Assembly: GCA_002772695.1 (NCBI GenBank)
Contig: PFDI01000021.1
Location: 11,495-59,597 of the forward strand
Length of the DNA: 48,103 bases
Source: Candidatus Pacebacteria bacterium CG10_big_fil_rev_8_21_14_0_10_44_54
Lineage (GTDB): Bacteria > Patescibacteriota > Microgenomatia > UBA1400 > PJMF01
Reading direction: 5' to 3'
Of the stretch, positions 10,490-19,847 are shown piece by piece. The notes beneath the pieces were generated by a model. That model was not told where the DNA came from. It saw nothing but the letters and a program-made list of their open reading frames with translations, and made no database searches. Position 1 is the first letter of the stretch; every line of letters begins with the position of its first letter. A program made the position numbers and the translations under genes.

Positions 10490-11617
10490 TTAAGAAAGAA
10501 ACTCGATAAAATTTTCTTTGTTAATTACTTTGTACTCTGCACCTGGGTACTCTAACCAGCTTTTTGGTGATGTTCTTGATTTCTTCCACTTACATTCATA
10601 TCCAAAGAGTTTTCCCCCTCGCTCTTCAACTAGATCAATTTCCGCACCGTCATACGTTTTCCAAAAATACTGCACAGCATGCAAGTTTTTAACTTGACGA
10701 AGTTTCATCCTTTCTGCAATCAAAAAGTTCTCCCACAGCGCGCCAACATCATTACGCAGATCAAGCGCATTGAAATTATTTATGAGTCCATTGCGAATAC
10801 CTAGATCATAAAAGTATATTTTATTGAGCTTGGAAAGTGTTTTTCGTTGGTTTGTGTAATAGGGGGGAAGTCGAAACAAAACATAATTTTTTTCTAATAA
10901 GTCTATATATCTTTCGATCGTTTTTAAATCTAAGCCGATCAGGTTGCTTAGTTCGTTCAATGAAACCTCAGACCCAAGTTGGAGAGCAAGAGCAGAGAGT
11001 AACTTGTTGAGTGAGGCAGGATTTCTCACTTGTTCGAGTGCGAGAATATCTTGGTAGAGATAGCTGCTTGTGATTTCAATTAGTTGGCGTTGTTTGTCTT
11101 GTTCATTTATTGTATAAATTTCTGGATATGTTCCGAACACTAAAATGGATGCAAGTTCCTTTTCCAAGTCGAGCGGGTTTAGATCCGAGACTATTTCACG
11201 AATTGAGAGGCTAAATAGCTTATGCACGAATTTTCTACCAGTTAGTGATTCTTGCGTGTTTGAAAGTAAATTGAGACTTGAGGAGCCAGTTGCAATGATT
11301 TGTTTTTTGTCTTTGTAGTGATCTACAAGTAGCTTCAGCGTGTCACCGATATCGGTAGCTTTTTGCGCCTCGTCAATAAAAACTATCTGGTTGTCGCCAA
11401 TGAGGTTCTGCAACTTTTTTAAATCTTGGTTTTCTAATTTTTGCCTGTCTGTAGAATTGTCTGCGTTTAGGTAGAGCACTTTCTCAAAATCGGATACGAT
11501 TTTTGTTACGAGGGTAGTTTTTCCTACTTGTCTGGCTCCAGTAACAATAATGATTTTGCCTTTGAAGAAGTCTCCTCTGATTGCTGCTGAAATTTCTCTT
11601 GAGATGTTTTTTTTCAT
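10490..11617 (-). CDS. AAA+ ATPase (AAA_14 + DUF4143 type) with C-terminal PD-(D/E)XK-like motif
   Basis: GARQVGKT, IDEAQ, TGSS, LTGR, YFYDLG and EIDLV..YECKW. Confidence 0.9.
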   Translation of the reverse strand: MKKNISREISAAIRGDFFKGKIIIVTGARQVGKTTLVTKIVSDFEKVLYLNADNSTDRQKLENQDLKKLQNLIGDNQIVFIDEAQKATDIGDTLKLLVDHYKDKKQIIATGSSSLNLLSNTQESLTGRKFVHKLFSLSIREIVSDLNPLDLEKELASILVFGTYPEIYTINEQDKQRQLIEITSSYLYQDILALEQVRNPASLNKLLSALALQLGSEVSLNELSNLIGLDLKTIERYIDLLEKNYVLFRLPPYYTNQRKTLSKLNKIYFYDLGIRNGLINNFNALDLRNDVGALWENFLIAERMKLRQVKNLHAVQYFWKTYDGAEIDLVEERGGKLFGYECKWKKSRTSPKSWLEYPGAEYKVINKENFIEFLS

Positions 11618-11674
11618 TTTTTATGCCAAATATAAGGAATATAATCCATATATTACGCCTAATTTAATGACTTG

Positions 11675-12847
11675 TCAAGTGTTGAGTACCGCCCCCGCCA
11701 CAATATTAGCCAATCTCGGATGAAATGGGGTAGGGATAATATTTTCCGCAGTTGGCTTTTCTACACACTCGGCTAAAGCATGCGCGGCGGCTTGCTTCAT
11801 TTGTTGGGTGATCTTTGGCAATTTCCCCTGGATTACAGCCCGGAAGATGCCGGGGAAGGCGAGGACATTGTTGATCTGATTGGGCATGTTGCTACGGCCT
11901 GTAGCGACGATGGCTGCGCCAGCTTTTTTGGCAAGTTCTGGATCTATTTCTGGTACCGGGTTGGCGAGGGCAAATACGATCGGCTTGTCTGCCATACTTT
12001 CAACTATTTCAGGCGCGATTGCGCCTGGTCCTGAAACGCCAATGATCACGTCAGCATTTTTTGCAACTGTGACGAGCGAACCCTTGCGCATGCGTTTATT
12101 TGAACTATCTGCCAGCGACTGCTTGTACATATTTTGACTTTCTCTGCCAGAGACAAGAGCGCCAATTCGATCAACAATTATGACATCTGCAACACGGTCA
12201 ACTTTTGGCAGTAGCGAACAGGTTTTGCCCAGACACTCGAGTCCTAAGAGCATGCGAGCGACCGAGAGTCCAGCGGCCCCAGCACCGACAATGACAACAT
12301 TGAGACTGTCAAACGGTTTGCCAACGACTTTGGCGGCGTTGAGAAGGGCTGCCTTGACCACAATTGCCGTGCCGTGTTGGTCGTCATGAAAGACAGGAAT
12401 GCCGATATTTTGCAAGGCTTCTTCAATCTGGAAGCAGCCAGGTGCCTTGATATCTTCGAGGTTAATGCCAGCAAAGGTGGGCGCGACCTGCTTCACAAAA
12501 GTAATGATTTCTTCGGGGACTTGAGTGTTGAGTACGAGTGGGAAAGAATCAACACCGCCAAACTCTTTGAGTAAGAGCGATTTTCCTTCCATAACTGGTA
12601 GACTTGCTTCTGCGCCAATGTTGCCAAGCCCCAAAACAGCAGAACCGTCGGAGATGACTGCAACTGTGCGACCCTTGAGCGTGTGAGAGTAGGCGAGCTC
12701 CGGATTTTCGGCAATTGCCCTACAGACGTCGGCTACACCTGGGGTATAGACCAGTGGTAACAGCTCTTTGTGGAGCTTGCCCATTTTTGCGACCGTTTCT
12801 AGCTTGCCGGTGTACTTTTTGTGGAGGTCGAGGGCTGGTTGGTTCAT
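11675..12847 (-). CDS. NAD(P)-dependent malic enzyme
   Basis: YTPGVA, DGSAVLGLGNIG, INLEDI, HDDQHGT, GAGAAG and NNVLAFPG. Confidence 0.95.
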   Translation of the reverse strand: MNQPALDLHKKYTGKLETVAKMGKLHKELLPLVYTPGVADVCRAIAENPELAYSHTLKGRTVAVISDGSAVLGLGNIGAEASLPVMEGKSLLLKEFGGVDSFPLVLNTQVPEEIITFVKQVAPTFAGINLEDIKAPGCFQIEEALQNIGIPVFHDDQHGTAIVVKAALLNAAKVVGKPFDSLNVVIVGAGAAGLSVARMLLGLECLGKTCSLLPKVDRVADVIIVDRIGALVSGRESQNMYKQSLADSSNKRMRKGSLVTVAKNADVIIGVSGPGAIAPEIVESMADKPIVFALANPVPEIDPELAKKAGAAIVATGRSNMPNQINNVLAFPGIFRAVIQGKLPKITQQMKQAAAHALAECVEKPTAENIIPTPFHPRLANIVAGAVLNT

Positions 12848-12873
12848 ATGGGTGTAGTTTACCCTATCCAAAC

Positions 12874-13122
12874 TTATCTATACACTTCTTTTCTATGCTG
12901 CACTGCTTCAATGATGATCAGGTTTTGTTTTTGGTCAAGAGAGTACACAACCCGATACGGCCAAACCCGCAAGGATCTTTTTCCTCGCAATTTTCCCACC
13001 AGTTGTTTTCCTAAATCAGGCGTTGTTGGGAGTAACTCAATGGCATTGATTATTCGAGAAATTTGTTTTTTGTCTAGTTGCCTAAAGTGTTTCTTTGTTT
13101 TCGGCAGGTAGACAATCTGCAT
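12874..13122 (-). CDS. Type II toxin, RelE/ParE family
   Basis: GKQLVGKLRG..SLRVWPYRVVY...HRKEVY; directly downstream of an antitoxin gene. Confidence 0.9.
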   Translation of the reverse strand: MQIVYLPKTKKHFRQLDKKQISRIINAIELLPTTPDLGKQLVGKLRGKRSLRVWPYRVVYSLDQKQNLIIIEAVQHRKEVYR

Positions 13123-13401
13123 TTATACACCAAGTTGTTTTTTCATATCATCATGAGAGATGAAGTTTTTTGCCGCAATATCTTTTTGCCCCGACTCAAT
13201 GTCTTTTATCAATTCAGTATCTTGTTGCAGAGCTAGTGTTTCTTGATACATCTCAAATTCATCTGCTGATAGCAATACAACAGGGTCATGACCCCTTCTA
13301 GTAATCTGGTATCGCTTAGTACCAGCAGCAGCGTTGGTCAAAATATCATAAAAATTGGTTCGTGCAGTACTTGCAGAGAGTGATGTGTGCAAACTTTTCA
13401 T
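13123..13401 (-). CDS. Type II antitoxin, Phd/YefM family
   Basis: SASTARTNF, ITRRG..VVLLS..EFE..QETL. Confidence 0.9.
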   Translation of the reverse strand: MKSLHTSLSASTARTNFYDILTNAAAGTKRYQITRRGHDPVVLLSADEFEMYQETLALQQDTELIKDIESGQKDIAAKNFISHDDMKKQLGV

Positions 13402-13440
13402 AGTACTGTTAATGGTACTATTAAAAAAAAATAATGCAAG
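13400..13440 (-). promoter_or_regulatory. TA promoter with palindromic operator
   Basis: Minus-strand TTGCAT...TACCAT; inverted repeat ATAGTAC (13400-06)/GTACTAT (13415-21) overlapping the -10 and the start codon. Confidence 0.6.
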
Positions 13441-13442
13441 TT

Positions 13443-13886
13443 TTACCGCAACAACCCAATCGCAATCAACACTACTACCTGCGGCGCCAAACCATACACC
13501 ATATGGGGAATAGAGTGATGAAACTTACCATGAAAGTTATTGATCGGTTTGAGAAATTTTGGTTCCCAACCAAGAAAATTGCGTGGAGCCTCGAGAAAAT
13601 CGGGCAACAGACCAGCAAATGCGCCGATCCAAATATGGTAATTGAGCGGCTGCCCCTGTTGCCAGAGCAAGTAAATCAGTCCAGCAGTGAGAGCAAGATC
13701 GACGAACTCAAGTCGCACGGCCGTCTTTTTTTTGCGCGTGCCGTTGGATAGGCCCGTGCCGACATCCCAGTGGGGAATCCAATCTTGGAGGTAATGTAGT
13801 CCAATTGCAAGTGGAACATAAAGCAGCGGGTGACCAAGTTTGGCAGCAACAAATGCGCCGGTGGTGGCGTGAGCAAGTGATAGCAT
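13443..13886 (-). CDS. Membrane-bound putative metal-dependent hydrolase
   Basis: H..TGA, HYLQDWIPHWD, LLPD and FH..FH motifs; start placed at ATG 13886. Confidence 0.65.
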   Translation of the reverse strand: MLSLAHATTGAFVAAKLGHPLLYVPLAIGLHYLQDWIPHWDVGTGLSNGTRKKKTAVRLEFVDLALTAGLIYLLWQQGQPLNYHIWIGAFAGLLPDFLEAPRNFLGWEPKFLKPINNFHGKFHHSIPHMVYGLAPQVVVLIAIGLLR

Positions 13887-13936
13887 GAGGATATAGTATA
13901 CCGTACTAGAGTTTCTCGATGGTACAATCGACTGAT

Positions 13937-14746
13937 ATGTTTCCAACGTTGTTTGCTCTTGGTCCATTTGAACTTCGCACGGCTACGATCTGTACGCTTA
14001 TTGCTGTTTGTGCTGCGCTGTATGTATTTTGGCGCAAAGGTAGAGAAGAGCACTACGAAGAGCTACAACTATTTGATAGTTTTTTCTTGGCTGGTTTAGT
14101 TGGTTTACTTTTCGCTCGTCTTAGCTTTATTTTGCTACATGTGGCAGATTTTGGGTTTTCATTTAGTAAATGGTTCGATGTTGGGCTTTATCCAGGCATG
14201 ATTGGCAAGATTGGATTGCTTGCTGCGACGCTTGTTCTTTTGCGACAAGCCAAACACAACAAATGGGACGTATTTGAGGTTCTAGATTTTTGGATTCTAT
14301 CTCTCACTACTGGTTTTGTTTTTTTGTACCTGGGATTTTTCTTTGATGGCACGGGACTTGGTACCGCAACAAACTTACCAGTTGGTATTATTTTTCCGTC
14401 GGTGGTCGAGCCGCATCATCCGATTCAGTTGTATGCCATGCTATTTTTTATCGCGCTGAGCTGGTACCTGTGGAGTGTTGAAAAAAAATATCGCATGTAC
14501 CGTTGGTATCGAGCCAGTAAAACTGGAGCAGAGACAGGTTTTTTGGTAGGAATCAGCGCGGTGGCGACTGGTTTTTTCTTTACCCTGTTATCGTTTATCA
14601 CTCCTGACGTGTTAGTTTTTGCAGGCTTCGGTTGGGATTGGCTTGCTTTTGTTCTTCTTACCCTATTTGGTTTTGGCGTATTGTTTGTTCGGTCTGGGCG
14701 GACACTTTTCAAACGAAAGCAAGTCTCACGTGTTGTCCAGGGTTAG
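13937..14746 (+). CDS. lgt: Prolipoprotein diacylglyceryl transferase-like protein (divergent)
   Basis: MFPTLF.LG, ARL, G..TNLP.GIIF and HPIQLY; adjacent to lspA. Confidence 0.75.
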   Translation: MFPTLFALGPFELRTATICTLIAVCAALYVFWRKGREEHYEELQLFDSFFLAGLVGLLFARLSFILLHVADFGFSFSKWFDVGLYPGMIGKIGLLAATLVLLRQAKHNKWDVFEVLDFWILSLTTGFVFLYLGFFFDGTGLGTATNLPVGIIFPSVVEPHHPIQLYAMLFFIALSWYLWSVEKKYRMYRWYRASKTGAETGFLVGISAVATGFFFTLLSFITPDVLVFAGFGWDWLAFVLLTLFGFGVLFVRSGRTLFKRKQVSRVVQG

Positions 14747-15137
14747 TGTTCTAGTGATGGTGTTATTGTTTGACCAAGTCAGCAAGTATTTTTTTGCATC
14801 GATGACAATCCTAAATCAAGGTGTTGGTTTTGGGTTTGGCGCAGAGCTAGCAACACAGCAGAACACTATCTTGTTGCTGTTAGTTGTTATCGTCGCTTCC
14901 TGGTACGTGGCTCGCTGCTTTTGGCAGCGATCTGAGATAGCAACCGGACTTTTCTTTGGTGGGGCATTTAGCAACTTGTTCGACAGAGTACTAGTTGGAG
15001 GCGTGCGAGATTGGCTGCCAATTCCATTTACTAGCGTGAGCAATAACCTGGCCGACTGGGCTATTTTCTTGGCGCTGACTTGGATGGCTTGGCGCACTTT
15101 TGCAGATAGAGAAGGGAGGCGGTGTGCAGCTTGCTAA
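14730..15137 (+). CDS. lspA: Signal peptidase II (start uncertain)
   Basis: DQVSK, N.GVGFG, GAFSNLFDR, VRDW and NLADWAI. Confidence 0.88.
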   Translation: MLSRVSVLVMVLLFDQVSKYFFASMTILNQGVGFGFGAELATQQNTILLLLVVIVASWYVARCFWQRSEIATGLFFGGAFSNLFDRVLVGGVRDWLPIPFTSVSNNLADWAIFLALTWMAWRTFADREGRRCAAC

Positions 15138-15918
15138 ACAGATACTGTATGAAGATAGTGATGTGCTGGTAGTCAATAAGTCGGCCAGCATGGTGGTCAA
15201 CCGAGCTCGTTCAGTAAAAAGCAAAACGGTGCAGGATTGGGCGGAGGAGTATTTGGCAGGACAGAAACAACCAGTTGTAGACTGGCGCTTGCTTTTGCCA
15301 GAGGATTTTAGCCAAGAGTATGGCTCTCCAGAAGAAATTTTTGCTCAGCGCGGTGGCATTGCCCATAGACTTGACAGGGATACAAGTGGGGCGCTGGTTA
15401 TCGCCAAAAATCCTGGTAGTTTAATCTCGCTGCTACGTCAGTTTCGTGAACGGAGTATAAAAAAGGTTTACACTGCATTGGTGCATGGCATACTACCGAT
15501 GAATGAAGAGTTGTTTTCTGCCCCGATCGCACGTTTGCCGGGCAAGACCGGTAAATTTGGTATTGTGGCCAATGGTAGATCTGCCGAGACGCTGCTTCGT
15601 GCTACCAGGCATTTTGAATTACAAAAAAAAGAGTGGCCAGATTTTTATGGAGATTTCAGCCTGGTTGAGGCCAAGCCAAGAACCGGAAGAACACATCAGA
15701 TAAGGGTACACCTGGCGTACTTATCCCATCCAATCGTGAGCGATGCACTCTATGCGGGCAGAAAGCGTTTACGGATAGATAAGCAGTGGTGCCCGAGGCA
15801 GTTTTTGCACGCAAGTGAAATTGCGTTTATTCAGCCGAGGACGAAAAAAGAGGTGGTGGTGCAGACTAGGCTGGCAAATGATCTGGAGGAAGTCTTACGC
15901 GGACTTAGTTCGCGTTAA
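15124..15918 (+). CDS. RluA family pseudouridine synthase
   Basis: HRLDRDTSG and TGRTHQIRVH; GTG start after GGAGG. Confidence 0.93.
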   Translation: MQLAKQILYEDSDVLVVNKSASMVVNRARSVKSKTVQDWAEEYLAGQKQPVVDWRLLLPEDFSQEYGSPEEIFAQRGGIAHRLDRDTSGALVIAKNPGSLISLLRQFRERSIKKVYTALVHGILPMNEELFSAPIARLPGKTGKFGIVANGRSAETLLRATRHFELQKKEWPDFYGDFSLVEAKPRTGRTHQIRVHLAYLSHPIVSDALYAGRKRLRIDKQWCPRQFLHASEIAFIQPRTKKEVVVQTRLANDLEEVLRGLSSR

Positions 15919-16357
15919 GCTTCTTCATACTTGATGGTTTTACTTGATCAAACAAAGCTTTGCTAATTTTAGCTGTCGGATTTTTAATCAAGAAGGCGGC
16001 AAGGATCTCTCTTTCAAGTAGGTGAAAAGAATCTCCTTCTACCATGTCAGCACTCACTAGTAGCATGGTATATCCAATTCTGAGTATGCCAAGATTGATT
16101 TCAATTGTTCTGCCCTCTTCGTTAGTAAAAACAAATCCAATTTTTTGATATGAATAATCTGATTCTTTACCGGCTGGAGTTGGTAGTTGTACCATTTCAT
16201 TGGTATCACCTACCTGTGAAGCAAGGAAATCAGAGCAGGCTACTGAGAGGTCGGAAGAGTCTGCAAAACGGTTTTTAACTTCTTGATGAGTAGCTGTTGT
16301 GGTGAGAATAGGTTGCTGTTCAGTTTGATCGCCAGCAATTTCTGGTATTTTTGACAT
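15905..16357 (-). CDS. Hypothetical protein
   Basis: 150-aa ATG ORF with an upstream TATAAT on the minus strand; no recognisable motif. Confidence 0.55.
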   Translation of the reverse strand: MSKIPEIAGDQTEQQPILTTTATHQEVKNRFADSSDLSVACSDFLASQVGDTNEMVQLPTPAGKESDYSYQKIGFVFTNEEGRTIEINLGILRIGYTMLLVSADMVEGDSFHLLEREILAAFLIKNPTAKISKALFDQVKPSSMKKLNAN

Positions 16358-16433
16358 TTTCTTCTCTTTCTATTTTTTTATCCTATAAAACTAGCTATAT
16401 TATACTATATCAAACATACCTCAAGAACCCCCG

Positions 16434-16596
16434 TTGCAATACACACCTACTACGCTATAATAGCGCTACTTCTTTTCCAAAGAAAGAAGCGAGGCGGAGA
16501 CACCATCCAAGTGTTTTCGCTCCCAAGTAACAATCCCTGACTCTGTAGTGAGTAGGGGGGAAACCAAGAGAGCGAGAGTGCTCGAGGAGGTGTTTT
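16434..16596 (+). promoter_or_regulatory. Sigma70-like promoter plus structured 5' leader (unassigned RNA motif)
   Basis: TTGCAA-16nt-TATAAT (16434-16461), followed by extensive self-complementarity and an AGGAGG SD before TTG 16597. Confidence 0.55.
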
Positions 16597-17601
16597 TTGT
16601 TAGCTACTTCAGTTGAACTTCCAGATTCTGGACTAGAGTGGTTCTTAGAACACTTCAGACAATTCTTTTTGGAATTTCCAGAGATAACTGTTGCAGCTAA
16701 TGAATTATGGATGCAGGTGTTGGAATTTCTGGAAAAAAGTTTGTCAACGCTTGTCTCACATTGTGGCGAATGCGCGATTGGTCCTTTGCAAAAAGATGAT
16801 GTAAATAGATTGGTTGCTGAAGTACGAACATCCGTCATTGAATTAGGAGAAGATGCCGAACAGCATAGAATTCTAATTCAAATTTTTTCTAAATTTGAGC
16901 AAGAATTTTTGGATGGTCAATTTAATTCTCTTGAATCAAACTTCGAGGAACGAGTGCTACAGGTTGCTGGAGAACTAAACAAAGTAACCATTTTTCAACT
17001 CATGTCCACTATGATTGCAGGGCCAGAGTCTCGGCACAGAGGTACAAATCCAACTATTCACACAGCCCGAGTGATTTGCGAGTGGTTGCTCGAAGCTAGT
17101 TCCCGTTTTACTAAAGAAAATCTCACGGGAGAAAATCTGTGGTCTTTTCGAGAAGAACTACTAGCGGTCATGTTGCACGATCTTGGCAAAGTTTTGAATC
17201 CTCGATTTGACGGACATCATAAAATTTCATGGACTTTGGCAAGGGAATCAGTTAGCGCCTTATTTGCTCATTTTGATTTGGATTCGAGAAGTGATGACAA
17301 GGTAAATTTTATGATTAGCATGCATGATATGTGTGGACATATAGCGGCAGGACGAATGCCATATAGTGAAGTTCTTGAGGATTTTCAGAGAGTAGATGAA
17401 GACTACATGCGATCCTTATTCTACGTACAACTTTCCGATATGCGTGCAATTAAAGCCATGCCGATGTCGCATAAGCATGAAAATATTACGATCTGGTCTA
17501 TGCTTTGTTTCGATCTAGGCTTTGACGAGCTTATCGATGAGATGATCAAAAAGTTTCCTCAATTCTCTGACATCCTAAATAGAAGGCTTAGTTTTGCGTG
17601 A
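16597..17601 (+). CDS. HD-domain phosphohydrolase-like protein
   Basis: HTARV, LHDLGK, GHH, MHD and LSD motifs. Confidence 0.75.
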   Translation: MLATSVELPDSGLEWFLEHFRQFFLEFPEITVAANELWMQVLEFLEKSLSTLVSHCGECAIGPLQKDDVNRLVAEVRTSVIELGEDAEQHRILIQIFSKFEQEFLDGQFNSLESNFEERVLQVAGELNKVTIFQLMSTMIAGPESRHRGTNPTIHTARVICEWLLEASSRFTKENLTGENLWSFREELLAVMLHDLGKVLNPRFDGHHKISWTLARESVSALFAHFDLDSRSDDKVNFMISMHDMCGHIAAGRMPYSEVLEDFQRVDEDYMRSLFYVQLSDMRAIKAMPMSHKHENITIWSMLCFDLGFDELIDEMIKKFPQFSDILNRRLSFA

Positions 17602-17675
17602 GAGCAGTGACAATCTGCTGCATAAGTAACTGCACTATGCTATAACTTTCTTGCCCACCAAGAAAGGAATAGCCA

Positions 17676-18989
17676 GTGTCAGAACAAATATTTTCACTTA
17701 TTGCCAAAGAACAAAAACGCCAAAAAGAATTGATTGGCTTGATTCCGTCCGAAAACACTGTTTCGCCTGCTGTTTCCAGAGTTTTGAGCTCTTGTCTTTC
17801 CAACAAATACTCCGAAGGCTATGCGGGTAGGCGCTACTACGAGGGTAGTCAAGTAATCGACCAAATTGAGCAGCTCGCTATCGAGCGTGTGAGCAAGTTG
17901 TTCCAGGTGCCCTACGTCAACGTTCAGCCGTACTCTGGTAGTCCCGCCAACTGGGCAATTTACTTTGCGCTCATGCAGCCGGGCGATACATTGATGGGTC
18001 TCAAGTTGGCAATGGGTGGACACCTGACACACGGACATCCAACTGTGACAGCTTCTGGTCGGTTCTACAACTCAGTGCAGTATGGGGTCAAAAAAGATGC
18101 TCGGATTGATTTTGCCGAGCTCGAGCGTTTGGCCAAAAAACACCAGCCAAAAGTGATAGTTGCTGGCAACACCGCCTATCCATTTGAGCTCGACTTCAAA
18201 AAATTTCGCCAAATTGCCGACCAGGTGGGTGCTTGGCTCGTAGCAGATATTTCGCACATCACAGGGCTGGTGATCGCCGGTGAGCATATGTCTCCCGTAC
18301 CGTATGCTGATGTGATCATGACGACGACACACAAAACATTTCGTGGTCCACGAGGCGCGATGATTCTAGCCACAGAGCGGGGACTCGAGCGTGATCGGGA
18401 TTTAGGCAAGAAACTAGATGCTGCGATTATTCCAGGTACACAGGGTGGACCACACAATGCCACAACCGCAGGCATTGCCATTGCGGCGGCAGAAGCAAGT
18501 ACTACCCAGTTTCGCAACTATGGCAAGCAAATTCGCAAAAATGCCACAGCCTTGGCACAAGAGCTACTCAAGCAGGGTATCGATTTGGTTGGCGGTGGCA
18601 CACAGACGCATTTGATGGTGGTAGATCTCACCAAGTTTGGCATCGGACTCGGCACCCAGGTCGCTTTTGCCCTCGATGTGGCTGGTATTTACGCCAATCG
18701 CAATACGATCCCAACAGAGCAGGGCTCGCCCTTTTATCCCTCTGGCTTGCGCCTGGGAACACCACTGGTGACCTCGCGCGGCATGAAGGAAAAGGAGATG
18801 AAACAGATTGGCAGATGGATTGCGCAAGTTATCAAGCACGTGAGCGTACAACAGTTACCGACCGATCGCAAAGAGCGTGCGGCGTTCCTCAAGCAATTTC
18901 GCGCTGCTGCCCTCAAGGATCCAGTGCTAAAGCGCATTCGCAAAGCAGTAAAACAGATAACGGCAAAGTTTCCATTATTTGCGGAGTAA
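17676..18989 (+). CDS. glyA: Serine hydroxymethyltransferase
   Basis: LIPSEN, NKYSEGY, GGHLTHG and TTTHKTFRGPRG. Confidence 0.97.
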   Translation: MSEQIFSLIAKEQKRQKELIGLIPSENTVSPAVSRVLSSCLSNKYSEGYAGRRYYEGSQVIDQIEQLAIERVSKLFQVPYVNVQPYSGSPANWAIYFALMQPGDTLMGLKLAMGGHLTHGHPTVTASGRFYNSVQYGVKKDARIDFAELERLAKKHQPKVIVAGNTAYPFELDFKKFRQIADQVGAWLVADISHITGLVIAGEHMSPVPYADVIMTTTHKTFRGPRGAMILATERGLERDRDLGKKLDAAIIPGTQGGPHNATTAGIAIAAAEASTTQFRNYGKQIRKNATALAQELLKQGIDLVGGGTQTHLMVVDLTKFGIGLGTQVAFALDVAGIYANRNTIPTEQGSPFYPSGLRLGTPLVTSRGMKEKEMKQIGRWIAQVIKHVSVQQLPTDRKERAAFLKQFRAAALKDPVLKRIRKAVKQITAKFPLFAE

Positions 18990-18992
18990 CCT

Positions 18993-19847
18993 GTGCAGAA
19001 AAAAAATCTAAAGCGGGGCATTCACCTGATGGGTGTGCTCAATGTCACACCAGACTCATTTCATGACGGCGGTTTGTATCTGGATCCAAGAGTTGCCGTA
19101 AGTCATGCGACACAACTTATTGCTGATGGAGCGAGTATTCTCGATGTCGGGGCAGAATCAACTCGACCGGGTGCGCAAACACTATCTCCCGAGGAGGAAA
19201 TTACAAGATTGATGCCAGTGGTGTCTCAGCTAGTAGCCCAAACCAAAGATGCACCAGTGTACATTTCTATAGATACGCGCAAAAGCGAAGTAGCAGCTGC
19301 TCTGTTAGAGCAGGGGGCTACTATGATAAACGATGTCAGTGCGCTTCAGTTTGACCCGCAGTTGGCAACAATCGTAGCAAAACATGACGCGTGGTTAGTA
19401 CTGAGTCATAGTTTTGGTACACCAGCGACGATGCAACAAGCAGTGCGAGATCGAGAAGATGTGGTGGCAGATATTTTGAACGATCTACAAAAGAGCATTC
19501 AAGTCGCACGACAAGCGGGGGTTTCTCAGGACAAATTAGTCGTTGATCCAGGGTTTGGCTTCGGCAAGTCGTATGAGCAGAACCTCACCATCTTGTCACA
19601 GTTGGGCAGATTCAAGACACTTGGATTTCCGATTATGGTTGGTTTATCGCGTAAAAAGACTACTGGTATCGTGTTGCAAAAAAAGTTGGGTTTGGCACAG
19701 GTACCTGCGACTGACAAGCGATTATTGCCCAGTCTGGCGGCTCATTTACTGGCAGTAGAGCGCGGTGCCACAATCATTCGCACACATGATGTTAAAGCGC
19801 AACTTGAAGTATTGGCATTTTGGGAGGAACTTAAAAATGTCGAATGA
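18993..19847 (+). CDS. folP: Dihydropteroate synthase
   Basis: MGVLNVTPDSF, ESTRPG, DPGFGFGK, SRK and RTHDV. Confidence 0.96.
   Translation: MQKKNLKRGIHLMGVLNVTPDSFHDGGLYLDPRVAVSHATQLIADGASILDVGAESTRPGAQTLSPEEEITRLMPVVSQLVAQTKDAPVYISIDTRKSEVAAALLEQGATMINDVSALQFDPQLATIVAKHDAWLVLSHSFGTPATMQQAVRDREDVVADILNDLQKSIQVARQAGVSQDKLVVDPGFGFGKSYEQNLTILSQLGRFKTLGFPIMVGLSRKKTTGIVLQKKLGLAQVPATDKRLLPSLAAHLLAVERGATIIRTHDVKAQLEVLAFWEELKNVE

Noticed and set aside
17602-17675. THF or ZTP riboswitch before glyA
   Set aside because: Gap too short and no consensus motifs
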